Of a DNA stretch of 64,000 bases, positions 29,120-36,779 are shown one piece after another. Location: IMG/VR virus record IMGVR_UViG_3300046170_000519, positions 1 to 64,000 of that record. One strand, 5' to 3'. The position numbers and the translations under genes are program-made. The notes under the pieces were generated by a model, which was not told the DNA's origin, did no database searches, and was given only the letters and a program-made list of their open reading frames with translations. Numbering within the stretch: the first letter of the stretch is position 1; each line of letters opens with the position of its first letter.

Positions 29120-29890
29120 CTATCTTAATACTGTTGTCAACTCATTTTGAAATTTTTTTGCTTCAACTAAATCTTTTAAGTCAAAACTAATTGCAACAAG
29201 ATTGTCGTTAATATTCTTCATTACCTTGACAAGGTCGTCCATGTTTGCATAACGTCTATGCTCTAACATCTCATCTGATAATCCGTCAATGGCTTGTTTA
29301 ATTCCTTTTAATTCTTCTTTCATTTTAATGTTTACCTTTCTTTATAAAATTTTCTAAATAATATGCAACCCACTCAATAGCTTCATTTTGTTTTGATGCC
29401 TCCTCTTTCATTTCAGGATCGTCAATAACGTTTTGATTGGCTAGGTCTAATACAATTTCTAATGCTGTTGTGATATTCATGATATATAAGCTGTTACTTT
29501 GTTGTGTGTTAATAAAACTTCGTCCGCATAGTACGCAAACCTTTCGGTGTCCTTCTCAACGAAAGTTTCATACTTGTAGGGATTGTACGTTACCTCGACT
29601 TCCCTAGTGGCAACTTGTGGATTACGAGATACATTTTCTGCATCTTGAAGATACCCTTTGACAAAAGCATGAACATTCTTACGCTTCTCTCGAAGAACTT
29701 TTTCTCTGCCCTTAATATCGACATGAAAATAGCAATCCCATAATCCAATAGCATGATCCTTTGGGATATGAGCTTTGACTAATCCATGTTGCTTAATGCT
29801 CCAACAATCTTTGTGAAGATTCTTGTAAACATAAACAGGGCGATTCTTTTTAATTCTATATCGTGGGTCTTGCTGGTTTCTTAGTATCAT
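29120..29890 (-). CDS. Early genes 29120-29323 and 29477-29890 (a short ORF probably lies between), hypothetical
   Basis: 29890 has TTGCTA-17-TAGTAT-6-ATG; motif VYVYKNLHK...KRKNVHAFVKG...VTYNPYK. Confidence 0.75.
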
Positions 29891-29952
29891 GTAGACATAC
29901 TAAGCCATTTTTTTAATTATAGCAAGAAAAAAGTTTAGTAATTTTACTTACC

Positions 29953-30024
29953 TAAGTATCTTGTATTCAAGTACTTATGTTTTTGCGCAGCCGCCGCCAC
30001 AAGTGCTTGATAATCAAGGCTTTA
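29953..30024. repeat. Element E6 (25+22+25 bp)
   Basis: TAAGTATCTTGTATTCAAGTACTTA-tgtttttgcGCAGCcgccgcca-CAAGTGCTTGATAATCAAGGCTTTA. Confidence 0.9.
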
Positions 30025-30201
30025 GTACCCTAACCACTCAAGAACTTTTTGGGCTGAGTACCCTTCCTTGTCACCCATGTCTTCAAAAAATTCAATAATT
30101 TCCTCACTGGAAGTAATGCCGTGCCTGGCTAATTCCTCTAAGGCACGATCTTGTGAAATGTCAATTCCTTGGGCTGAGTCAAAATAAGTTTCTTCATTCA
30201 T
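30022..30201 (-). CDS. Hypothetical acidic protein (59 aa, below the ORF-track cutoff)
   Basis: MNEETYFDSAQGIDISQDRALEELARHG...QKVLEWLGY*; its stop is the last 3 bp of E6. Confidence 0.7.
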   Translation of the reverse strand: MNEETYFDSAQGIDISQDRALEELARHGITSSEEIIEFFEDMGDKEGYSAQKVLEWLGY

Positions 30202-30216
30202 GGCTTTAATTATAGA

Positions 30217-30942
30217 TTAATGAGCTAAATATGCAATACCTTTTTTGCATCCTTTGATAAAACATAAGTTGCAATTATGAGCTTTACAAGTTGCAAGAAC
30301 CTTGCCGTCTTCGCCCTTAACATAAGTTGCGGGGCAAACAAAATGACCATCTTGCTCGGCTTGCTCTTTTGAGCTATAGACGGAAGTTCCCGCATCTAGA
30401 CCATCGATTTGTGGAGCGGGTTCATCAACATACAAGGCACTTGGTTTTAAGCATACATTCTTTAAACTTGCGAGCTTGCGAAGTGAAGGTAATTGACTAT
30501 CCCTTGCCCACTCACGAGTTGGAAACCAAAAGCGAATGGTGGGAAAGTTTTCGCAAATCTTAATCCACGCCTCAATATACTTTGGGGAAAACAAGTCGCC
30601 TGAATCATGAACGCGAAAAAGATCTGTGTTGACATTCTTTAAAACTTTTTTGTTGCCTTGCTTGTCAAAATACTTTGCGGTAATTTGCTTGGATATCTCA
30701 TTTACAAAAGTTTGCCCATTGTCTCGATGCAAAGACTTGGTGACAAAATTTGCCTTGTCTTGCAAACTTTGTTTAACATTGTTAAACATATAAAAACCTT
30801 TGCAAGCATAACAAGCATCACAAATAAACTTTTTTGCTTTGTCTTTGACTTTTGCCATAAGTTGAGCTGCTGGGCAATACTTGAAAGCGGGAATGTTAAA
30901 GCCTAAGCAAGGCATTTTAGAAGGATTTGATAGTAAGTTCAT
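30217..30942 (-). CDS. Gp88-like phage protein (241 aa)
   Basis: SKMP...CP...CDACYA and FRVHDSGDLF...FWFPTR motifs; leaderless promoter TTGCAT-17-TAGTTT-6-ATG. Confidence 0.65.
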   Translation of the reverse strand: MNLLSNPSKMPCLGFNIPAFKYCPAAQLMAKVKDKAKKFICDACYACKGFYMFNNVKQSLQDKANFVTKSLHRDNGQTFVNEISKQITAKYFDKQGNKKVLKNVNTDLFRVHDSGDLFSPKYIEAWIKICENFPTIRFWFPTREWARDSQLPSLRKLASLKNVCLKPSALYVDEPAPQIDGLDAGTSVYSSKEQAEQDGHFVCPATYVKGEDGKVLATCKAHNCNLCFIKGCKKGIAYLAH

Positions 30943-30969
30943 AATAGTAAACTAAAATAATTTTAACAA

Positions 30970-31170
30970 TTATGCAAGCGAAAAAATAAGATCTTCAAAG
31001 AAATCTGGTTCTAAGCCGAATTCGCTGGTAAATGTCTCTTCCCATTCAAACGGATCTCCGCCCATTGCAATGTCTTCAGACATTTCACGAAAAAAGGTTG
31101 CGGTTTGGTGAATAGCATCTTCACGGGAAAGCCCGTCACGCTCCATAAGTATCTTGATTATTCTTTTCAT
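30970..31170 (-). CDS. Hypothetical protein (66 aa)
   Basis: TTGCGT-17-GATATT-6-ATG; motif ILMERDGLS...EFGLEPD. Confidence 0.75.
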   Translation of the reverse strand: MKRIIKILMERDGLSREDAIHQTATFFREMSEDIAMGGDPFEWEETFTSEFGLEPDFFEDLIFSLA

Positions 31171-31231
31171 GATAACAATATCTCACAAAAAATAATTTAA
31201 CGCAAGAAAAAATGAATTAAAAATACATCCG

Positions 31232-31303
31232 TAAACCCTTGATGCTTAAGCAGTTAGCTCGCGCCGCAGCCGCTTCCATAAGTGCTTAATAATCAAATAC
31301 TTG
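31232..31303. repeat. Element E7 (25+22+25 bp)
   Basis: TAAACCCTTGATGCTTAAGCAGTTA-gctcgcgccGCAGCcgcttcca-TAAGTGCTTAATAATCAAATACTTG. Confidence 0.88.
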
Positions 31304-31322
31304 TGAAACACTAAATCAACCC

Positions 31323-31350
31323 AAAAAAAAAGCCCCCCAATCGGGGGGCT
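31323..31350 (-). terminator. Rho-independent terminator
   Basis: agcccccc-aatc-ggggggct hairpin with a 9-nt U-tract on the minus strand. Confidence 0.9.
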
Positions 31351-31373
31351 AAAACGAAACAACAAACCAATAT

Positions 31374-32246
31374 TTAAACCTCTATCAATTCGCCCTCAGC
31401 AACTTCTATGTCAATAGTATTATCAACATGATTATCTATATCGAAATCGACATAACTATCGAGAACAGAATGAAGAGCGTCTGAACGATTTGGCAAGGCA
31501 ACTAAGTTACCTTTATAAATTTCAGTAAAAGCATTATAGAGAGAATTTACATTACGATCCTTAAATTCTAAATGGTCACTTGACTCCCATTGATCTGCCA
31601 CATCAAGAATTTTTGACTTAGGTAAAGCCCCTGCACGAACTGCTTTGATGATTAAATCATGAGCAAGAACATTCCCGATAGAATGATTTTTATAAGCATT
31701 GATTCTTTCATCTTGTCCATGCCAAAAGCCAAACAATTTACCCAAAGCACGATTGATCATAAAATCAAGATCGTTAAGTATGTTGCGAGTATGTCTACGA
31801 GCAAGTTTAATAGTGTTTGTGAAAATTAAATTATCGCAAACAAATGGAGCATCACCTGCGCAAAGTCCTGCAGGAAAAGTTTTGTCATGAGAATTGCGAA
31901 CTCCTACGACACAACCACGATCTGATTCGTCACGATCAGGATGATCAACAGAGAATAGACCAAAGTAATGTTGGTTATCTCTAGCGAGAGAATGTAATTC
32001 GTCTTGAATAGTAAACCCTCTCTTGACAAGAGAATCTTTAGTACGAACAACAAGCTCGTCATGAGCAATGGGCTGATGAGAAACGGCAAGCTCACCTGTT
32101 CTCTTGTTTGGTTTGTTGCGCATTGTAGGTAATGGAGTTGGTACTGCTTGTACTTGATCAAAATCTACGATTGTGCGATTGCCTCCACAAATGTGTAAAT
32201 CTACGGATTTGCGAGGAGCGGTATTAGTGTTTTCTTCTGTATTCAT
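31374..32246 (-). CDS. DUF932-family protein (290 aa)
   Basis: YFGL...VGVRNSHDKTFPAGLCAG...FVCDNLIF...RRHT motif; TTGACA-17-TATATT-6-ATG. Confidence 0.7.
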   Translation of the reverse strand: MNTEENTNTAPRKSVDLHICGGNRTIVDFDQVQAVPTPLPTMRNKPNKRTGELAVSHQPIAHDELVVRTKDSLVKRGFTIQDELHSLARDNQHYFGLFSVDHPDRDESDRGCVVGVRNSHDKTFPAGLCAGDAPFVCDNLIFTNTIKLARRHTRNILNDLDFMINRALGKLFGFWHGQDERINAYKNHSIGNVLAHDLIIKAVRAGALPKSKILDVADQWESSDHLEFKDRNVNSLYNAFTEIYKGNLVALPNRSDALHSVLDSYVDFDIDNHVDNTIDIEVAEGELIEV

Positions 32247-32284
32247 GATAGTAATATAATAGTTTTAATGTTTTTTGTCAAGAG

Positions 32285-32518
32285 TTAATTTTTAGAATAT
32301 TGGTTTTCTTCTGAGGTTAGCATTTCAAATGCATAAGCTTTTTTAGCTATATCTCGTAAGGCTAAACCAACCCAACTAATTTCATCTAAATCTTCTACGG
32401 AAAGATTTTTAGCATGAGGTGTTACTAGAATATCCCAAATGGATTTCATGCAATCTTTGTTTAGCTCTAAAGAGTTGAAATCGGGCAACTCATCCACATT
32501 TTGTTTAATTACATACAT
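32285..32518 (-). CDS. Hypothetical protein (77 aa)
   Basis: ORF track; SD aaggag upstream. Confidence 0.65.
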   Translation of the reverse strand: MYVIKQNVDELPDFNSLELNKDCMKSIWDILVTPHAKNLSVEDLDEISWVGLALRDIAKKAYAFEMLTSEENQYSKN

Positions 32519-32633
32519 AGTTTAGATTCTCCTTGTGTTTTAGTTTTCTGTGTATCGTTTTAGTTTTGACTTTGTGAGGTCTTGATTTAGTGAAAAGAAT
32601 GGTTTTTCTGATCTTAATGTCTCTCGCTTTCAT
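32505..32633 (-). CDS. Very basic 42-aa peptide, ArfA-like pattern
   Basis: MKARDIKIRKTILFTKSRPHKVKTKTIHRKLKHKENLNYVCN*; dedicated promoter TTGCTA-17-TAGTAT-6-ATG. Confidence 0.65.
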   Translation of the reverse strand: MKARDIKIRKTILFTKSRPHKVKTKTIHRKLKHKENLNYVCN

Positions 32634-32696
32634 GTAAACATACTAAGCTAATTTTTTAATTATAGCAAGAAAAATAACAAATAATTTTAACTTTTT

Positions 32697-32768
32697 TAAT
32701 TCCTTGTGTATCAAGCACTTAGAGCGCGCGGCAGCCAGCCACATAAGTGACTGATAATCAAAAGGTTA
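32697..32768. repeat. Element E8 (25+22+25 bp)
   Basis: TAATTCCTTGTGTATCAAGCACTTA-gagcgcgcgGCAGCcagccaca-TAAGTGACTGATAATCAAAAGGTTA. Confidence 0.9.
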
Positions 32769-32927
32769 TGATCTACCTGAATAAAGCTTATATAATAGAT
32801 TGTCGTGCATCGCTCTTTTTTCCTTATAATCTTTCGATTGGTCCCCCGCTTGCTCTCTAATGGCTAGCATGTGACCTAATTTTCTTACAATTTGCTTTAA
32901 GGTTAAGACTTCTTTATTTTTTTTCAT
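32766..32927 (-). CDS. Hypothetical protein (53 aa, below the ORF-track cutoff)
   Basis: MKKNKESLTLKQIVRN...LYKLYSGRS*; its stop is the last 3 bp of E8. Confidence 0.6.
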   Translation of the reverse strand: MKKNKEVLTLKQIVRKLGHMLAIREQAGDQSKDYKEKRAMHDNLLYKLYSGRS

Positions 32928-32929
32928 AA

Positions 32930-33160
32930 TTAGATTTTATTAAGAGATATAATTTGGTCGTATCGAAAGGATCGTATGCCGTCCCTATTTAGACAAAAAG
33001 ATCTAAAGCCAACAACCCCCCTTCCTTCTTGTTGATTGCCAAACTCATTTTCGTGCTGAGGTTTGGTTATTGTGTACATTTCAGTTCTGCCGTCTTTAGT
33101 CTGATAAACAACTTGATATAACGGATTAAACCAACGATAAATTTTAGTCAATAATTTCAT
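32930..33160 (-). CDS. Small WYL-like (SH3-fold) protein (76 aa)
   Basis: VVYQTKDG...GFRSFCLNRDGIRSFRYDQI resembles the WYL RxFRxDRI signature. Confidence 0.5.
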   Translation of the reverse strand: MKLLTKIYRWFNPLYQVVYQTKDGRTEMYTITKPQHENEFGNQQEGRGVVGFRSFCLNRDGIRSFRYDQIISLNKI

Positions 33161-34205
33161 CTTCGACATCCTCTCTTGCGGGGTTTTGGTTGTAGTGATT
33201 GTAAGCATCGCAAGCTGAATCTGCCGACTCGAAACTCACGGATAGAATATCTCTTGGAATATCGTACGGAAACCAAGGTGTTTCTGATTCTTCAAAAAAT
33301 AATTCCCATTGCTCAGTATCTTCGTTGTATTCAGGTAAATCTAGCGGACTGCCGATGCAGGTTGCTTCTATGTAATTATTCATTTTCATTATCCTCTATG
33401 TTATAGACTCCGAAGTGAGACGCAAGCTCTAAAATCATTTTATCTTTGTTAAAATAACGATAGGCAAAAGAAAGTAAATCCTCTTGTTGTTTTCTCGTAT
33501 GCCCATCTCTAAGTTCATCATAAATCTCAAAGATATTCATGTTCCAATTCCAACTCTCTACTCTCGCTTCTACTTGTGATGCTGTCATTATACTGCCCTT
33601 TCGTTTACTTGTTCTAACATAAGTTTAAATTGATCAAAAACTTTTTGCTTGCTACCTTTGAGACCAAACTCTTGTTTGATGATAGAATAGCAAGATCTGC
33701 CTCGACTCATTTGCATACCTAAAGTCTCAAGCCTTAAACCTCTGAGAAGAGTTTTGTAGCGAAACATTTCGATTTGTTCGGGTGTGTCTAATACTGCTGT
33801 CATAATTTTCCTTGTGTTATAGTTGTGCTGATTGAAAAGATGATTCTATTCTACGTTCATCTTGTAATGCTGTCAAGTCCCTAATGATATCTTCTAAAGA
33901 TTCATCCTCCGATTGGAATGAGCTACCCTTCGGGAACTTGTCAGGGTGGCGTTCGCATTGGTCGAGACAAACTGTTGACATGGGATCCGACCATGCGAGG
34001 TTGCCTCTAACGATATCCATAATTGATTCTGATAATGTCATTGTTTTGCCCTTTCGTTTTGGTCGTCTACAATCTTTGCGAGGCGAAGTAATTCTTGGGT
34101 TACTTCTGCTTTTGCGGTGTTGTTTGCTTGTGGGCTTTTCAACACCTCGACCATAACAGGAACGAGTGCTGACCATGTTGGTGTGATATCTATTGTTTCT
34201 TGCAT
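33144..34205 (-). CDS. Early operon of small hypothetical genes: 34038-34205, 33817-34041, 33588-33803, 33376-33588, 33144-33389
   Basis: Leaderless promoter TTGACA-17-TAGTGT-6-ATG(34205); ATGA overlaps couple the genes. Confidence 0.7.
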
Positions 34206-34266
34206 ATAAACACACTAAGGGAATTTTTAGTTGCTGTCAAATAAAAAGAAAATAAAAATGCTTTTG

Positions 34267-34339
34267 TAAGTTGTTGAATTTTAAGCAGTTAGGGTTTATC
34301 GCAGCGCTCCGCTTTAAGTGCTTGACTATCAACACTTTA
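34267..34339. repeat. Element E9 (25+23+25 bp)
   Basis: TAAGTTGTTGAATTTTAAGCAGTTA-gggtttatcGCAGCgctccgctt-TAAGTGCTTGACTATCAACACTTTA. Confidence 0.9.
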
Positions 34340-34704
34340 TACAATCACCTTGTTCCTAACATTACTTAATAATTCTTCATAATTTTTATTATATTTATAT
34401 TATTTGTTATTTATTATTTGTTATTATTTATACTAATGTTATTTATTATATATCCAGGACTGGGTAGTAATTTATTATTTTGGTAATACATATTATCCCA
34501 TGTACATTCTATTTGATATGCGTCAAGATACCAAGGTATTAACCAATGGTAAGCAAGAAAGAATGCAAAATATATAAAAATAAACATAAAAAAATAATTT
34601 ATTATTTTAAATGAGAATTTAAGAATCATAATCCATAAGTAATTTAAAACCAAGAACGATAGACATTATTATCACTATTTCCATATTATATATTGTTATT
34701 ATTG

Positions 34705-34959
34705 TTATTTGGCTATAGCAAAAACTGTTCTTAAGAGATCCATCTCTCGACCCCTGAAGAAAACATTACGACAGTAATCGATATCGTTTTTTTCTACTTC
34801 AGTGATGCGAGCAGCTGCCCTCCAAGCTTCGATAACCTCTCTCTCCATGGCTCCCCACTTAATAACTACTTTAGTGCAGGGAAAGTGCTCTGCGAGCTCA
34901 GTTAACTGTTTTTTGTTCATATAACCATATGATGATAGAATTTCTTTTATTGTTTCCAT
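34705..34959 (-). CDS. Hypothetical protein (84 aa)
   Basis: TTGACC-17-TAGAGT-6-ATG leaderless promoter. Confidence 0.75.
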   Translation of the reverse strand: METIKEILSSYGYMNKKQLTELAEHFPCTKVVIKWGAMEREVIEAWRAAARITEVEKNDIDYCRNVFFRGREMDLLRTVFAIAK

Positions 34960-34995
34960 AATAATACTCTAGTATAAAATATTAATATGGTCAAA

Positions 34996-35035
34996 CAAAA
35001 AAGCCCCCCTCGATCATCCATGGATCGAGGGGGGC
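34996..35035 (-). terminator. Strong Rho-independent terminator after the candidate ncRNA
   Basis: gcccccctcgatc-atccatg-gatcgaggggggc 13-bp stem, U-tract on the minus strand. Confidence 0.9.
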
Positions 35036-35052
35036 GAGTGTTCAGAGGAAAT

Positions 35053-35240
35053 TGGTGTGGGGAGGGATTACTGTATACCCTCAAGTTTTCGGCGTGAACA
35101 TCAGTTCATGGTGTACCTACTTCCAACCACAAATTAGACATGGTATTTGTCATCGGCTCATTCGATTGAACTCTACCGCCCCACCACAGGGAATTTGCAT
35201 ACCTTAACCCGCTCACGACAGGTTTATTCGGTCACCCACA
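35053..35240 (-). ncRNA. Candidate tRNA-like structured RNA (~188 nt, 3' ACCA)
   Basis: TATAAT 6 nt upstream; 5' GUGGG pairs with 3' CCCAC-A-CCA; T-arm-like GAGGG/CCCUC; several internal hairpins; terminator downstream; no ORF. Confidence 0.65.
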
Positions 35241-35364
35241 GGAAGGATTATAAGCCCTTCCAAAGTGATAAAAAATATTAAAGAACAAAAATTTTGAGGC
35301 TATTTTATTTATTTGAGTCGCCTCTTCTCAATCATGGATGATACTTACTATAATACTAAAAAAA

Positions 35365-36057
35365 TTACCTTTTGTCAACTATTAAATGGTTTCTATCAAA
35401 TATAATTGTATTTTCATCGATTAGTTTTTTATACTTTATTTCCTTTTTAAAATCTTCGAGTAATAAAAATTTGTAACCTAATTTAGATTCTTCTTTTGTT
35501 CTGTAAGCATGATATTCACTTTCCACTATAGGCAAGCTTCTGCACATCAATGCTTCATAAAATCTGAAACTCCAAGTAGCATCACCTGCTGGACACAGGC
35601 AGTATTTACTTTGACACATTATTTGAAGATATTCTTTATCATTTTCTAAGGGGTTGTATCTTAAATTTTGCAAATCTTTAGTGAGGGTGCGATTATTTCT
35701 AGGGTTATATCCTTTACCCGAATTTGTATAATCAAATGAACCTAAACTTTTCCAATTAGGTTCATCATCTGTATTTAAAAAATACGATTTGTTTGTAAAA
35801 TTTTTTTTTGCAAATTCTATAACCCACTGTCTGTTATTTTTAATTCCTTTTGAATTTATTGTCCCCATAAAGCAATAGTCATAAATCTTTTTTCTTGGCA
35901 ATTTGTGGACTTGTTGGTAAAATCTCTTCGAGAATTTAGCTATCGGAGGGTTTGCAACCACATTTTCAGGATTTAACCCCTCTTCCCTTAAAGCTTCTTC
36001 CATCTGATATTTAAACTCTAAATATCCAGAACCTCCTTGAAATTTGCTAGGACTCAT
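35365..36057 (-). CDS. Exostosin-like (GT47) glycosyltransferase (230 aa)
   Basis: MCQSKYCLCPAGD..WSFRFYEAL.C..LPIV signature. Confidence 0.75.
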   Translation of the reverse strand: MSPSKFQGGSGYLEFKYQMEEALREEGLNPENVVANPPIAKFSKRFYQQVHKLPRKKIYDYCFMGTINSKGIKNNRQWVIEFAKKNFTNKSYFLNTDDEPNWKSLGSFDYTNSGKGYNPRNNRTLTKDLQNLRYNPLENDKEYLQIMCQSKYCLCPAGDATWSFRFYEALMCRSLPIVESEYHAYRTKEESKLGYKFLLLEDFKKEIKYKKLIDENTIIFDRNHLIVDKR

Positions 36058-36290
36058 TGAGTTTTTGACCTTATTATCCTTAATGCTCTTGATTTCGCAT
36101 CATCGTTAAATCTATTTGATCCTTCTATATCTTCAAAATAAGGATGGAGATGAGCGAGGTCTTCATCACACAAATAGCAAGGTCCGTGACCTGCCTTCGG
36201 GCAACTATGAGAGGTTGGAGCATGAGGGTCACTATAATCGCAATGGTTGCATCCTGTTAAAAATAATAAGATAAGAGTTATATACTTCAT
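36054..36290 (-). CDS. Putative lipoprotein, Cys/His-rich (78 aa)
   Basis: Lipobox-like MKYITLILLFLTG-C. Confidence 0.55.
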   Translation of the reverse strand: MKYITLILLFLTGCNHCDYSDPHAPTSHSCPKAGHGPCYLCDEDLAHLHPYFEDIEGSNRFNDDAKSRALRIIRSKTQ

Positions 36291-36308
36291 TTATATTAAA
36301 TAGTAATA

Positions 36309-36779
36309 TTATTTATATAATTTTTCAAATTCTTTTGAGAACATTTCTTTAGTATCTTCTATATTTAAAACTAAATCTTGATGTGCCGAATTAGTTTTCA
36401 ATGAAGAACCCAAACCATTATTAAAAGTAGATATATATTCTTCTATACCATTAAAGGGCATTAATACTATTTTAGTTTTATATCTATCTTGATAAATAGC
36501 AAACTTAACTTTATCTTTATCTAATTTTTGTTTAACTATTTTGATGAGTTTTTTTACATCGTAACTTCTTTTAAGCTTAACTCCATTAAGTTCATATCTA
36601 TATTTAGAAACAACTTCCAACTGATATGGTGGATGTTGCTTCCATGTTTTGGGGCAAAGTATTTTTACCTCATTGCCATGTTTGTCAGTATAAAACCTAG
36701 GATTTTTTAACCAAGTTAAATCGCAACAAGCAAAACTTTTAGTTGCAATTAAAAATGTAATAAATGTAATGTATTTCAT
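36309..36779 (-). CDS. Putative exported protein (156 aa)
   Basis: Signal-peptide-like MKYITFITFLIATKSFA-C. Confidence 0.55.
   Translation of the reverse strand: MKYITFITFLIATKSFACCDLTWLKNPRFYTDKHGNEVKILCPKTWKQHPPYQLEVVSKYRYELNGVKLKRSYDVKKLIKIVKQKLDKDKVKFAIYQDRYKTKIVLMPFNGIEEYISTFNNGLGSSLKTNSAHQDLVLNIEDTKEMFSKEFEKLYK

Noticed and set aside
33817-34215. 132-aa ORF from the ORF track
   Set aside because: The leaderless promoter points to ATG 34205 in another frame (55 aa), coupled by ATGA to 33817-34041; the long N-terminus is a shadow.
25176-34339. Repeat-spacer-repeat elements as mini-CRISPR arrays
   Set aside because: Arms are degenerate rather than identical, spacers share a fixed central motif, each locus has a single spacer, and no cas gene is in the window.
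25176-34339. Elements as bona fide integron attC sites
   Set aside because: No RYYYAAC...GTTRRRY cores and no integron integrase in the window; only the analogy is retained.
34414-34653. 79-aa hydrophobic ORF in AT-rich DNA
   Set aside because: Low-complexity region with TTG start and no promoter; may be real but cannot be supported.
35053-35240. tmRNA or a canonical tRNA
   Set aside because: Too short for tmRNA with no tag ORF; no canonical 7-nt anticodon loop (U33) or TTCRA T-loop.
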